From: Planctomycetota bacterium
Lineage (GTDB): Bacteria; Planctomycetota; UBA11346
Direction of reading: 5' to 3'
DNA: 51,785 nucleotides
Assembly (NCBI GenBank): GCA_038213805.1
Contig: JBBQSO010000033.1
Location: 1-51,785, forward strand
In this document: in pieces, positions 26,977 to 36,667 of the stretch
Layout of the letters: each line of letters begins with the position of its first letter
How positions within the stretch are numbered: the stretch's first letter is position 1
Position numbers and translations under genes: made by a program
The notes under the pieces: generated by a model
What the model saw: only the letters and a program-made list of their open reading frames with translations
The model's database searches: none
What the model was told of the DNA's origin: nothing

Positions 26977-27303
26977 ATGCAGCTCGTCCGCCACCTCGTC
27001 CTCGCGTGCGCCATCGTCGGTGCCAGCGCTTCCTTCTCCATGCTCACCGCCGAGGACGCCAAGCCCGGCCGCGGCGAGAAGATCGCCGTCGAGACCCTGC
27101 CCGACGCGGTCAAGGCGACCTTCGCCAAGGAGGCCCCCGATGCGAAGGAGGTCTACAAGTCCAACAAGGACGGCGCGGACGTCTACCGCGCCAAGATCAA
27201 GGGCCCAGATGACAAGATGCTGATGCTGGTCGTCGGCGCCGATGGCGCGGTGATCTCGAAGAACCCCGCCCGCCAGAAGGGCGAGGCCAAGCCCGCCAAC
27301 TGA
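26977..27303 (+). CDS. Small secreted PepSY-like protein
   Basis: AAGGAG RBS, signal peptide, LPDAVKATFAKE..VYRAKI..VGADGAVI pattern. Confidence 0.7.
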   Translation: MQLVRHLVLACAIVGASASFSMLTAEDAKPGRGEKIAVETLPDAVKATFAKEAPDAKEVYKSNKDGADVYRAKIKGPDDKMLMLVVGADGAVISKNPARQKGEAKPAN

Positions 27304-27341
27304 GCAACGCCGGCCGCGCGTGCGCGGGCTTGTGTGGTTTC

Positions 27342-27381
27342 CGTCACCCCCGCTCGTTCACGAGCGGGGGTGACGCCTTTT
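27342..27381 (+). terminator. Intrinsic terminator
   Basis: 15-bp perfect stem CGTCACCCCCGCTCG/CGAGCGGGGGTGACG with a TTCA loop, then CCTTTT. Confidence 0.75.
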
Positions 27382-27426
27382 CGCGAACCGCCATCACGCC
27401 AACCAGTGGCGAAAGGAAACGATGTT

Positions 27427-27568
27427 CCGCAGAGGCGCAGAGTGGGAGGCAGGAGCTCGCAGAGGCGAGGTTCGGGAGGCTGAGTCGCCGCGGATGGCCG
27501 GTGGACGGTGTCGCGTCGTCGATTGTTGTCCGCTGCGGACTCACCGCCTCCGCTCCACGCCTCTGCGG
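27427..27568. repeat. Inverted-repeat-bounded intergenic element
   Basis: CCGCAGAGGCGCAGAG (27427-27442) versus CTCCACGCCTCTGCGG (27553-27568), 14/16 reverse-complement match. Confidence 0.7.
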
Positions 27569-27620
27569 TGGATCTTCTCTGGCTTTTTGGCGGGGCCGTG
27601 CCGGAGGCAGGCGCGCGGGT

Positions 27621-27968
27621 TCACCCCACGTCGGTTTCGGGCGTGCAGATCAGGAACGGCTCGCCCCACTGCGCGCTGTCGGCCAGGCTCCAGTGCACCG
27701 CGGCGGCCGCGGCAGCGCTGGCGATGCGTGCCAGGCGCAGGCCGTGTTCGCCGCCGCTGACCAGGCGCGCCGGGCCGTCGCCGCTCTCCTCGATGGGCGT
27801 GAAGTGCGCCTCGGCAGGGCCGTCGTTCCAGCCGGTGACCGCGCACCACTGCCACACGCCGTCGAGCTGCAGACGCACCGCGCTGATGGTACGTCCGGGG
27901 CCGGTCTCCTTGAAGGTGGCCATGGCCGGTTCGCTGAGGTTGTCGCTGGCGGGGATGTCGAGGTACAT
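27621..27968 (-). CDS. Hypothetical protein, 115 aa
   Basis: Globular-looking ORF with host-like codon usage (MYLDIPASDN...IEESGDGPARLVSGGEHGLRL). Confidence 0.65.
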   Translation of the reverse strand: MYLDIPASDNLSEPAMATFKETGPGRTISAVRLQLDGVWQWCAVTGWNDGPAEAHFTPIEESGDGPARLVSGGEHGLRLARIASAAAAAAVHWSLADSAQWGEPFLICTPETDVG

Positions 27969-28057
27969 GGCGGGTCGTCCGTACGCGAGGGTATGGCCGT
28001 CGACGGGCGCGCCAGCGGTGCGACGTCCGCCGTCCGCTGTCGACAGCCAGGCGAATT

Positions 28058-29032
28058 CTAAGGGACGCTCGAGGCCGGACGCCGGCCATCGGACGCCGCC
28101 GCCGGCAGCGCCAGCGTCGGATCGACGATCAGCCGCAATCCCCAGCGCTGCCACGGCTCGACGGGGCGCGGCGGCAACACGAGGCGGTCTTTGAAGCGGC
28201 GGTGTTGCCAGAAGTATTGGCCGGGGAAGGCGGCGACCATGGCGGCGATCAGGTCCTGGCTGGCCTGCACCAACGCCGCCTCGTCGCCGGCGTCATGGGC
28301 CAGGGGCCTGCCCATGAACAACACGCTACGACCGGCCCGCACGCGGATGCACAGTCCGGGCACGATCGGCACGCGCGCTCGATTGGCGAAGAAGCCCGGC
28401 CCGCCGTGGCAGTAGGTGGCGACGCGGAAGTACCAGGCGGGCACGCCCTCGCGCGAACCGGGCGCCTGATCGGCCATCAGTCCGACCGGGGTGCCCTGGC
28501 GCAGCGCGCGCATCACCAGCACCGCGCTGGAGCGGTCGCCGTGCTCGGCGAGCAGGACGGTGATGCCGGTGCGCTCGCGCTGCGCGTTCACCAGGCGGTC
28601 GACGGCGGGATTGTGCTGGGCCTTGGCATATGCCAGGAAGCGCGGCACGAACTGGCGCACGCCGGCCGCCCCCATGTCCCAGGTGCCCAGGTGGGCGGTG
28701 AGGAAGGCGCACCCGGGATGGCGGCGGTGCACCAACGCGTGCCAGCCGGGGGCGAGCGTACGGATGTGGCGTTCCGGCCCGTCCGGACCGCCGACCGTCC
28801 ACAATTCGAGGAAGTTCGCGCCCATGGTCGCGTAGCTGCGCCGGATCAGGTCGCGGCGCCGGGTGGGGTGATGGGGCAGGCCGGCATCGCGGAAGACCCC
28901 GCTCGCCACGCGCCGGCGGATGCCGAGGTAGAAGGCCAGCACGCCCAGCCCGCCGCCGACCCGCCCGGCGGTGTCGCCGGCGAGCCGGTTGAGCGCGCGC
29001 AGCAGGGGCAGCACCACCAGGCGGTTCAGCAT
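28058..29032 (-). CDS. Lipid A lauroyl/lysophospholipid acyltransferase (LpxL/HtrB family)
   Basis: H-x4-D motif TAHLGTWD, VGLMADQ and PGQYFWQHRRFK. Confidence 0.88.
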   Translation of the reverse strand: MLNRLVVLPLLRALNRLAGDTAGRVGGGLGVLAFYLGIRRRVASGVFRDAGLPHHPTRRRDLIRRSYATMGANFLELWTVGGPDGPERHIRTLAPGWHALVHRRHPGCAFLTAHLGTWDMGAAGVRQFVPRFLAYAKAQHNPAVDRLVNAQRERTGITVLLAEHGDRSSAVLVMRALRQGTPVGLMADQAPGSREGVPAWYFRVATYCHGGPGFFANRARVPIVPGLCIRVRAGRSVLFMGRPLAHDAGDEAALVQASQDLIAAMVAAFPGQYFWQHRRFKDRLVLPPRPVEPWQRWGLRLIVDPTLALPAAASDGRRPASSVP

Positions 29033-29274
29033 CGCCGCATGCTAGCAGCCTGCGGAAAAACCTCGACCCGGGCGGCCTGCCGACGCCTGTCCAGCCCTGC
29101 CCGCCGGCCCCGCGCGGCGTGCGTCCTGGCGGCCATGTGCGCGGGCTATGGTCGCCGGGCGGACTTCCGATGCCGTGCGTCCTGACGCCTTGTCAGGATG
29201 GGCCTGCGCGCTACTGTGCGCGACCATTTCGCATCTGTCAGTGCGCGGCCCCGCCGCGCCGGAGCTGGAACACC

Positions 29275-29526
29275 ATGGCCATCAAGCGCGTCTGGATCGA
29301 AGAAGGCTGCATCGTCTGCAATGCCTGCGAGACCACCTGTCCCGAGGTCTTCAACGTCACCGAAGACAGCTGCTACATCCGCTCCGAGGTGCGCGAGGAC
29401 GGCAAGCAGGACACCAACCTGGCCGCACGCAGCGCGCTTTCCGGCACCTCCGGCGCGGACCTCGCCGACCAGATCGAGGAAGCGGCCGAGGGCTGCCCGG
29501 TCGAGGTCATCAAGTTCGAGAAGTGA
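29275..29526 (+). CDS. Ferredoxin (single [4Fe-4S] cluster type)
   Basis: CIVCNACETTCPEVF ... AAEGCPVEVI; GGAG RBS. Confidence 0.92.
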   Translation: MAIKRVWIEEGCIVCNACETTCPEVFNVTEDSCYIRSEVREDGKQDTNLAARSALSGTSGADLADQIEEAAEGCPVEVIKFEK

Positions 29527-29933
29527 AGTGGGTCGACCTGGGTTGGTCGGCTCAGACCGGCCTCTAGGAATCCTAACCCTTCGATTTCAGCTGGTTACCG
29601 GGTCGAACTCCTGAAGGGTCATAGGGAACTCCGTGCTCGGCATGCAGAGCCCTTCCATGCGGTCCAATTGTCGCTGCGGGAATGCGGATGGGGCCGCCCA
29701 TGCAGGGCCAGGAATTGGTATAAGGTGTCTGTTCCCAGTGCGTTGCCCTAGGCCACGAGGGGATGCGCCGCAGCTGCTCGCGGTGGTCAGAGCACGCAGC
29801 AGCCAAGCACATGGGCCGGTATGGACCGCCCCCGGCCTCTGGCTGTTTGCTGGACGTAAGCGCTTGGGGTAGAATGCCCCAGGTGCGCGTGGGAGAGGCT
29901 TCCACACGCTTGCCAGGAGCGAAAAGATTGGGC

Positions 29934-29960
29934 TAAAGTCCGCTCGGACGGCGCCGATCA
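29934..29960 (+). promoter_or_regulatory. Sigma28 (FliA) promoter of flgM
   Basis: TAAA-N15-GCCGATCA versus consensus TAAA-N15-GCCGATAA, 40 nt upstream of the flgM ATG. Confidence 0.85.
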
Positions 29961-30000
29961 TGATGGCAGCATGGGGACCTGGTCCCCTGTGGAGAAGGCC

Positions 30001-30336
30001 ATGGAGATTCATAACAACGACTACCGGCCGGCTGACCCGGCGACCCGACGGCGGCAGACCGAGGCGGCGTCGGCGCGCAGCGGCGCGCCGGTGGTCACGC
30101 CCGCCGGTCAGACCGACCAGATCGACGTCACCTCCAGCAGCCCCGCGGCCATCGCCCGCTACGTGCAGCTCCTCAAGGACATGAACCCGGTCGACCTGCA
30201 CAAGATCGACCAGCTGCGCCAGCGCATCGCCGAAGGGTCGTACAGCGCCTCCGCGGACGAGATGGCCGGGCCGCTCGCCGAACTCCTCGGTGGTGGCGGC
30301 AGCTCCGAGCGCGTCACGCCGAACGCCAAAGCCTGA
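30001..30336 (+). CDS. flgM: Flagellar anti-sigma28 factor FlgM
   Basis: DQIDVTS..VDLHKIDQLRQRIAEGSYSASADEMA matches the FlgM C-terminal pattern; GGAGAAGG RBS and sigma28 promoter upstream. Confidence 0.85.
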   Translation: MEIHNNDYRPADPATRRRQTEAASARSGAPVVTPAGQTDQIDVTSSSPAAIARYVQLLKDMNPVDLHKIDQLRQRIAEGSYSASADEMAGPLAELLGGGGSSERVTPNAKA

Positions 30337-30350
30337 CGCGGAACCCTTCC

Positions 30351-31478
30351 ATGCGCCTGCTCCGCCATGCCTGGGCCGCAGCCGTGCTCGCCGCCGCGCT
30401 GCTCGCGGCCCCGGCCGCCGAGCTCACGGTGCTGCCCGAGGGCAGCGCCGCGCAGCGCATCGCGCTCGGCAACGAGGCGCTGATGCAGAAGCGCTACGAG
30501 ACCGCGATCGAGCACTACCGTCGCGCCCTGCTCGCCGACAGCACGTCGTTCCAGGCGCTCTTCAACCTCGCTCTCGCCTACCAGCAGCTTGGCCAGAACG
30601 AGGAGGCGCGCAGCTGGTATGAGCAGGCCAGCAAGGTCGGTCAGGGCCATCCCGAGGTGCTCTGCAACCTCGGCGTGCTGGCCTTCAAGGCCGGCGACTT
30701 CGCCAACGCCGCCGAGCGCTTCGGCGAGGCTGCGCGCCTCGCCAGCGAGGCGCCCGCCGAGGCTGCCGACTACTGGTTCAACGTCGGCACCGCGCGCGAG
30801 CGGCTCAGCCAGTGGCAGGAAGCCAAGCGCGCCTACGAGGAATGCCTGGCGATCGTGCCCGGGCACTTCGGCGCGCAGTACAACCTCGGCACGCTCTACC
30901 TCGGCCCGCTTGCCGACCAGCCACAGGCGCTGTTCAAGTCCGAGACCCACCTCGCCAAGGCGCGCGACCTGGCGCCGACGCGCAGCGAGCCGTGGGTCAA
31001 CCTCGCGCTGGTCCACGAGCGCACCGGCGCCGGCGAGCCCGACGCCGACTTCGCCCAGGCGCTGAAGGTCGCGAGCGGCACGCAGGCGCAGCGCGTGCTG
31101 TGGCAGCGCGCGCTGTTCTCCAACCGCCAGAAGCCGCCGCGCAAGGTCGCCATGCGCGATGACCTGCAGCGCATCCTCGCCGAGGACGCCGACTTCCCCG
31201 AGGCGAGCGGCATGCTCGGCGCGTACTTCTTCGCCATCGCCGACTACGACAAGGCCATCGCCCTGCTCGAGCGCGAAGTGGCGCCCGGGCACTTCGATCC
31301 GTCCAGCAACGTCGACCTCGAATCGCATTACCTGCTCGCGCTGATCTACACCGACCACCGCCCCGACGCGACCAAGGCGCTGGCCCACGCCAGCGCCTAC
31401 TACGAGCAGCGCCCCGACAGCGCCAAGATCCACGAGCTGCGCCGGCGTGCGCTGCGGCTGTCGGCGGGTGGGCAGTGA
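30351..31478 (+). CDS. Secreted tetratricopeptide repeat protein
   Basis: Signal peptide and multiple TPRs (ALFNLALAYQQLG..EA..WY, VLCNLG, YWFNVG, AQYNLG). Confidence 0.88.
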   Translation: MRLLRHAWAAAVLAAALLAAPAAELTVLPEGSAAQRIALGNEALMQKRYETAIEHYRRALLADSTSFQALFNLALAYQQLGQNEEARSWYEQASKVGQGHPEVLCNLGVLAFKAGDFANAAERFGEAARLASEAPAEAADYWFNVGTARERLSQWQEAKRAYEECLAIVPGHFGAQYNLGTLYLGPLADQPQALFKSETHLAKARDLAPTRSEPWVNLALVHERTGAGEPDADFAQALKVASGTQAQRVLWQRALFSNRQKPPRKVAMRDDLQRILAEDADFPEASGMLGAYFFAIADYDKAIALLEREVAPGHFDPSSNVDLESHYLLALIYTDHRPDATKALAHASAYYEQRPDSAKIHELRRRALRLSAGGQ

Positions 31479-31500
31479 GCAACCGTCCCCGGAGCCTGCC

Positions 31501-33525
31501 ATGAGCGCCTGCACCTATCGCCGCGCGGGCGAGGACGTGGTCTGCCCGCACGATGTGGTCCCCGGCTCGGCGGTGTGCCTGTGGCACAACCCGGCGGTGC
31601 GCAAGACCGATGCCTACGTGCGCGAGCTGCTGCAGCGCGCCGACGCGCGCGGCAAGGGCGACCTGCACGGCTTCCAACTCGCCGGCCTGGTGTGGCCGCA
31701 GGCCGGTCTGCCGCTGCGCAACCTGCGCGGCTGCGACCTGCGCGACGCCTTCCTCGACGCTGCCGACCTCGGCGGCGCCGACCTCGCCGACGCGGTGCTG
31801 CGCCGCACCAGCCTCAAGGGCGCTGATCTGCGCAGCGCGCGCCTGGCGGGCACCGACCTGAGCGGCTGCAACCTGAGCGGCGCCGACCTGCGCGATGCCG
31901 ATCTCTCCGGCGCGCTGCTCGCCGACACCTGCCTGCTTGGCGCCGACCTGCGCGGCGCGCGCTTCGCCGGCGCGCGCATCGTCAGCTTCCGCTGGAACCA
32001 GCTCACCCGCTTCGCCGGGGTCAGCGGCCTCGATCCGAACGGCGCGCAGTGCGGCCCCGACGAGACCCAGGTGTTCCTTGCGCCGCTGCTGGCCTCGGAC
32101 CCGCATCCGAGCGGCGTGCGTTCGGCGCTCGCCGATCCCGATCTCGAGCTGACCAAGTCGCGCATCTTCGCGCCCGGGCCGCTGGTGGCGCCTGTGGTCG
32201 CGGCCCCGGTCCCGGCCGCCGCCGCCACGGCGGATGAGCCGGTCACCGTCGCGATCGCCGCTGCGACCGTCGCCACGACCGCCGCCCCGGCCGTGGCGCC
32301 CGCAACGGTGTCCACTGCGGCGCCGAGCGTGCCGACCACCGCCATCGCCGCGGCGCCGTCCGGGCCGCTGGTCGGCACCACCTCGTACCCGCCGTCGCGG
32401 ACGCCGGCCACCGCACTGCACGCGCTGCCACGCCCGCGTGCTGGCCACGGCCTGCTGGTGGCCACGGTCGCGGCGCTGGTGCTCGCCGCCGGCGGTGTGG
32501 GCGCCGGCGTCTACGGCTGGCAGGTCGCCATGCAGGCGCGCGGCGTGGCTGCCGCGGCCAGCGCCGCGCTGCAGGCCAAGCCGGTGCCGCCCGACGCGGC
32601 GCGCCTTGCCCAGCTCGAAGGCGAGCGCACCGCCAGCGCCCGCCAGCACGAGGCCGACCTTGCCGAACTCAAGCGCCTGCAGGGCACCGTGCACGAGGCC
32701 GCGGATCGCGGCGCCAACGCCCGGCAGGAGGCCGCGGTCAGCCGCGCCGAGTCCGAACAGCTGCGCGCGAACCTGCACGCCAGCGAGAACGAGGCATTGC
32801 GCCTGCAGGGCGTCGACGACCGCTGCACGGTGCTCGCCCAGCAGCTCAAACAGGCCCAATCCCTGGCTGCCGACCTCGCCCGCCACGGCGCCAAGGAGAG
32901 CCGCGTTGCGGTGATCCTCGCCCAGGGCGTCGACCGCCTGCAGGACGAGAACCGCACCCTCGCTGAGCAGCGCGATCAGCGCCTGCTTGATTACGGCAAC
33001 GCCGCCCAGGCCCAGGGCGAGGTCAAGCGCCTGCACGGCGAGCTCGACACCGCCATCGCCGAGCGCGAGCGGCTGCACCAGCAGAATCAGCAGCTGACCG
33101 CGAGCCTGCTCGGCGCGCAACACGACATCGAGCGCTACCTGGCGCGCATCACCGCCACCCACCTGCAGGACTACCTGGGCAGCGACAACGCGCACGAGCC
33201 GCTATTGCCCCTGACCGCCGGCACGCCGGTCGCGCTCAGCGGCGACTACCTGCTCACCCTGCGCGTCGACCGCGGCCAGACTCCCGGCACGGTGCAGGCC
33301 CAGGTGGTGGTGCAGCGCCCGCCCGCGGCGACCAATCCCGAGGTCACCATCGTGCTCTACGATCAGGACGAGCGCCCGCTGCGCCGCATCGCCTACAGCT
33401 TCCCGCACGTCGACGGCGGCGCGCCCTTCGTCAGCGGCATGACCACCGTCGCCTGCGACCGCTTCCCCAGCTTCGCGCGCGTGCTGGTCGCGGCGGGCAT
33501 GGATGACGTCTCGGCCAAACGCTAG
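31501..33525 (+). CDS. Pentapeptide-repeat membrane protein with coiled coil
   Basis: N-terminal C-x10-C-x10-C-x2-H, A(D/N)Lxx pentapeptide repeats, Ala/Pro/Thr linker, TM helix, coiled coil and C-terminal beta domain. Confidence 0.82.
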   Translation: MSACTYRRAGEDVVCPHDVVPGSAVCLWHNPAVRKTDAYVRELLQRADARGKGDLHGFQLAGLVWPQAGLPLRNLRGCDLRDAFLDAADLGGADLADAVLRRTSLKGADLRSARLAGTDLSGCNLSGADLRDADLSGALLADTCLLGADLRGARFAGARIVSFRWNQLTRFAGVSGLDPNGAQCGPDETQVFLAPLLASDPHPSGVRSALADPDLELTKSRIFAPGPLVAPVVAAPVPAAAATADEPVTVAIAAATVATTAAPAVAPATVSTAAPSVPTTAIAAAPSGPLVGTTSYPPSRTPATALHALPRPRAGHGLLVATVAALVLAAGGVGAGVYGWQVAMQARGVAAAASAALQAKPVPPDAARLAQLEGERTASARQHEADLAELKRLQGTVHEAADRGANARQEAAVSRAESEQLRANLHASENEALRLQGVDDRCTVLAQQLKQAQSLAADLARHGAKESRVAVILAQGVDRLQDENRTLAEQRDQRLLDYGNAAQAQGEVKRLHGELDTAIAERERLHQQNQQLTASLLGAQHDIERYLARITATHLQDYLGSDNAHEPLLPLTAGTPVALSGDYLLTLRVDRGQTPGTVQAQVVVQRPPAATNPEVTIVLYDQDERPLRRIAYSFPHVDGGAPFVSGMTTVACDRFPSFARVLVAAGMDDVSAKR

Positions 33526-33570
33526 GCGCGGCCCCTTCCCACTTCGGCCGCGCCGCCCATACTGCGCGGC

Positions 33571-34545
33571 ATGCTGCGGATGACGACCATGGCGCGGAGC
33601 GGGTTTCTGGCCGCGCTGCTGATGCTGGGCGGCTGCGGCGACACCGCCGCCCCGAGCCGCGGCCGCGCCAGCGACCCCACCGCACCGCCGGCGGATCGGA
33701 CCAAGGAGCTGGCGGCCGAACGCGAGCTCGCCGACCTTGAGGCGCAGGTCGCGGAGCAGCGCAAGCTGCCGGCCCAGGAGCGCACCGCGGCAGAGCAGCG
33801 CTTCGGCGGCACGTTGGAGCGCACCGTCGCCCACGTCGCCGGCACGCACGTCGAGAACAAGGCGCTCTACTGGCTGGCCTCGTGGCGCTTCACCTACCGC
33901 GATGGCGATGGCGTCGACGATCTGCTCGATCACATCAACCAGCTCAAGTCGCCGGCCTTCCGCAACGCCGGCAAGGCGCTGCGCGTGCAGCTGCGCCTGC
34001 GCCAGGGCCAGGTGCGCGAGGCGCGCGCGCTCGCCGAGCCGCTGGTCGCGCAGATCCCCGAGTTCAACGGCCTGCTCGACCTCATCGCCTGGCACGAGAC
34101 CGTCGGCCAGCGCGCGCCACGCGTCGCCAGCCGCAACCTCAGTGGCGGCCCCGACGATCCGCTCGGCCGCGGCGAGCCGTGGCTGCTGCTGTTGTTCGTC
34201 GAACGCGTCGACGACAACGCCCTGCAGCGCATCGCGCGCTACCAGCAGGCGGTGGCTGGGCTGCCCAACCCGGCGATGATGCGCCTGGTGGTGGTGGCCT
34301 TTGATCCCAGCCCGCTCAACGCCACCGCGACCCTGCTCAACCAGGGCCAGGGCAAAGGGCCGGTCCCCGATCTGATGTGGGCGAATCCCAACGCCAACGG
34401 CACCAGCAAGGCGTGGGAGAGCGCTTGGAAGCTGCCGCAGCCGCTGCCGCACAGTGCGCTGCTCGGCCCGGACCGCACCATCATGGCGGTCGAGCTGCCG
34501 CCGGAGGAGCTGATGAAAGTGGCGGGCGGGGGCGGGAAGAAATAG
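33571..34545 (+). CDS. Lipoprotein with helical region and degenerate redoxin-like C-terminal domain
   Basis: Lipobox LLMLGG-C; VGQRAP..WLLLLF..LVVVAFD..LPHSALLGPD resembles a TlpA-like fold without CxxC. Confidence 0.65.
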   Translation: MLRMTTMARSGFLAALLMLGGCGDTAAPSRGRASDPTAPPADRTKELAAERELADLEAQVAEQRKLPAQERTAAEQRFGGTLERTVAHVAGTHVENKALYWLASWRFTYRDGDGVDDLLDHINQLKSPAFRNAGKALRVQLRLRQGQVREARALAEPLVAQIPEFNGLLDLIAWHETVGQRAPRVASRNLSGGPDDPLGRGEPWLLLLFVERVDDNALQRIARYQQAVAGLPNPAMMRLVVVAFDPSPLNATATLLNQGQGKGPVPDLMWANPNANGTSKAWESAWKLPQPLPHSALLGPDRTIMAVELPPEELMKVAGGGGKK

Positions 34546-34644
34546 CGGCGCGAGGCGCGGACTGAACACCTGCAGGTGGACGGGTCAGCGCGCAGTTCGT
34601 GTCCGTCTGCCGGACACGCATTCACATTGCGAGATCGCGCGCCT

Positions 34645-35787
34645 TCAGCGCCCCTTGATCAGATACGCATCCGCCAGCACCAGGTGGTCGCCGATATCGT
34701 AGCGCGCGCCGTAATCGACGTGCAGTTCGAGGACCTGGACGCCGGTGAGGTCGAGGTCGATAAGTTGCGGCTTCTCGCCGCCCTTGATGCTGTCGCGTTT
34801 CCATACCGTCTTGCCATCGGCGAGCACGCTGGCGGCGCAGTCGCCCTGGTCGGCGACCAGATCGGCGATGCCGACGGTGGCGCGCAGTCGCTCGTAGGCG
34901 CCGGCGGTCTTCCAGCTCAGGGAGGCCTGGCTGTGCACGGTCAGGCCGTGGTCGTAGCGCACCCCGCCCAGGCGCAGCGGCGAGCCGTCGAGGTTGCGGT
35001 CTTTCTGCCACGGCCACACCACGCCGAAGGCGCCGGTCTCTTCGACGTGCGCGGCGGCGAGGTCGCCGAGCCAGACGCGCCGGCCGCCGTCGATGCGCAG
35101 GCGCACCGCGCTGATCCCCGCGCCGACTGCCACGGCCGGCGCGGCGGCGAGCGTCAGCGGATCGCCCGGCAGCAGGCGCAGCGGCGGATGCGCGTCGTCC
35201 AGCACCGCGTTCAGGCGCAGGCCGCGCCCGCTCTTGAGGGCGCCGGCCAGGCGCAGGCCACGCACCTGATCGAGGGCCAGCTCCTGCGGCTTGGGGTCGA
35301 TGTCGAGGCGCAGGATGAGCTTGCCGGCGACGATGCCCTCGACGCGGCCGGAATAGACGCCGCTCTCGAGCTGCACCTGATCGGCCTCGGCCTTCTCGCC
35401 CGCGGGCGGCTCGCCACTGGTGCTCCAGCCGCGCAGCGCGGCCAGCGGCAGGGTCAGGGTGCCGAGCGGCCCGACCAGTTCGACGGTGTGGTCGGCGGCA
35501 CCGGGGCGGATGCGCTCGGCCGGCAGCCAGCTGCCGTCGACCAGCCACACTCCGAAAGCGCGGTTCGCGGCATTGGCCAGTCCAGTGCCGGCGCCCGGCT
35601 CGAGCCAGTCGCAATCGGCCAGCGCCATGGTGGTGCCACCGCACGCGACCGTGCCCGCCTTGCCGTCCAGGACCAGCGCCGGACCGTTCAGCGTGCGGCC
35701 ATCGAGGGTGCCGACGCTGGCGGCGTGGAGCCCCGCCGGCAGCAGCAGGGACGCGGCGACGACGAGCAGGCGCAGGGCGGCGGTCAT
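34645..35787 (-). CDS. Secreted NPCBM/NEW2 domain protein
   Basis: Signal peptide; C-terminal DRNLDGSPLRLGGVRYDHGLTVHS..RLRATVGI..IDLDLTGVQVLELHVD..DHLVLADA. Confidence 0.85.
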   Translation of the reverse strand: MTAALRLLVVAASLLLPAGLHAASVGTLDGRTLNGPALVLDGKAGTVACGGTTMALADCDWLEPGAGTGLANAANRAFGVWLVDGSWLPAERIRPGAADHTVELVGPLGTLTLPLAALRGWSTSGEPPAGEKAEADQVQLESGVYSGRVEGIVAGKLILRLDIDPKPQELALDQVRGLRLAGALKSGRGLRLNAVLDDAHPPLRLLPGDPLTLAAAPAVAVGAGISAVRLRIDGGRRVWLGDLAAAHVEETGAFGVVWPWQKDRNLDGSPLRLGGVRYDHGLTVHSQASLSWKTAGAYERLRATVGIADLVADQGDCAASVLADGKTVWKRDSIKGGEKPQLIDLDLTGVQVLELHVDYGARYDIGDHLVLADAYLIKGR

Positions 35788-35827
35788 GCCCGCGATGTTA
35801 CGGCCGGCGCGCGGCCCGCCAGCGTTC

Positions 35828-36604
35828 TCAGAACAGCCGGCCGCGCAGCTTCTTCAGCGCCGCGCCGGGGTCGGCCGAGGTCATCAGCGCTTCGCCGACC
35901 AGCACCGCGTCGACGCCGGCCTGCTCCAGGCGCCGGCAGTCGTCGCGGGTGTGGATGCCGCTCTCGCTGACCACCACCCGGTCGGCGCCGAGCAGGCCGG
36001 GCAGCAGGGCGAAGGTGGTCTCGATGCTCAGCGAGAAGTCCTGCAGGTTGCGGTTGTTGACGCCGATGAGGTCGGCACCGGCTTCCAACGCGCGCAGTGC
36101 TTCATCGGCGTCGTGGACCTCAACCAGCACGTCCAGGCCGAGCTCGCGCGCGAAGCCGCCGAGGTCGCGCAGCTCGCCGTCCTCCAGGCACGCGACGATC
36201 AGCAGGATGGCGTCGGCGCCGGCCAGGCGCGCCTCGGCGATCTGGCGCTGGTCGAGGATGAAGTCCTTGCGGATCACCGGCATGGTCACCGCACGGTGCA
36301 CCGCGACGAGGTGGTCGAGATGGCCGAAGAAGTGCTTCTCGTCGGTCAGCACCGAACAGCAGTGCGCGCCGCCAAGCAGGTACTGGTAGGCCATCAGCAC
36401 CGGGTCGTAGTCGGCCTTGAAGATGCCGCGCGAGGGGCTGCCCTTCTTGCACTCGGCGATGACGTGGATGGTGTCGTCCGCCGGCCGGCGCAGCGCCGCG
36501 CGGAAGCCGCGGCACGCCGGCAGATCGCGCAGCAGCGCACGGTCGACCGCCGGCAGGCGCGGCACCAGGGTGCGGGTGTGGGTGACGATCTCGTCGAGGA
36601 TCAT
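35828..36604 (-). CDS. trpC: Indole-3-glycerol phosphate synthase
   Basis: IAECKKGSPSRG, SVLTD, RKDFI, GADAILLI, LVEVH, GVNNRNL, VSESGI and VLVGEALM motifs. Confidence 0.96.
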   Translation of the reverse strand: MILDEIVTHTRTLVPRLPAVDRALLRDLPACRGFRAALRRPADDTIHVIAECKKGSPSRGIFKADYDPVLMAYQYLLGGAHCCSVLTDEKHFFGHLDHLVAVHRAVTMPVIRKDFILDQRQIAEARLAGADAILLIVACLEDGELRDLGGFARELGLDVLVEVHDADEALRALEAGADLIGVNNRNLQDFSLSIETTFALLPGLLGADRVVVSESGIHTRDDCRRLEQAGVDAVLVGEALMTSADPGAALKKLRGRLF

Positions 36605-36667
36605 GCGGGCGCCATGCTGGGCCACCCCTCCCGTTGGCAAGCCACGACCATCGATAAAGGCGCAGAG

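Noticed and set aside
34545..34559. 15-bp GCGGCGCGAGGCGCG repeated just after stop codons (also at 44393-44407)
   Set aside because: Low-complexity GC-rich word that could arise by chance in this genome; only two copies seen.
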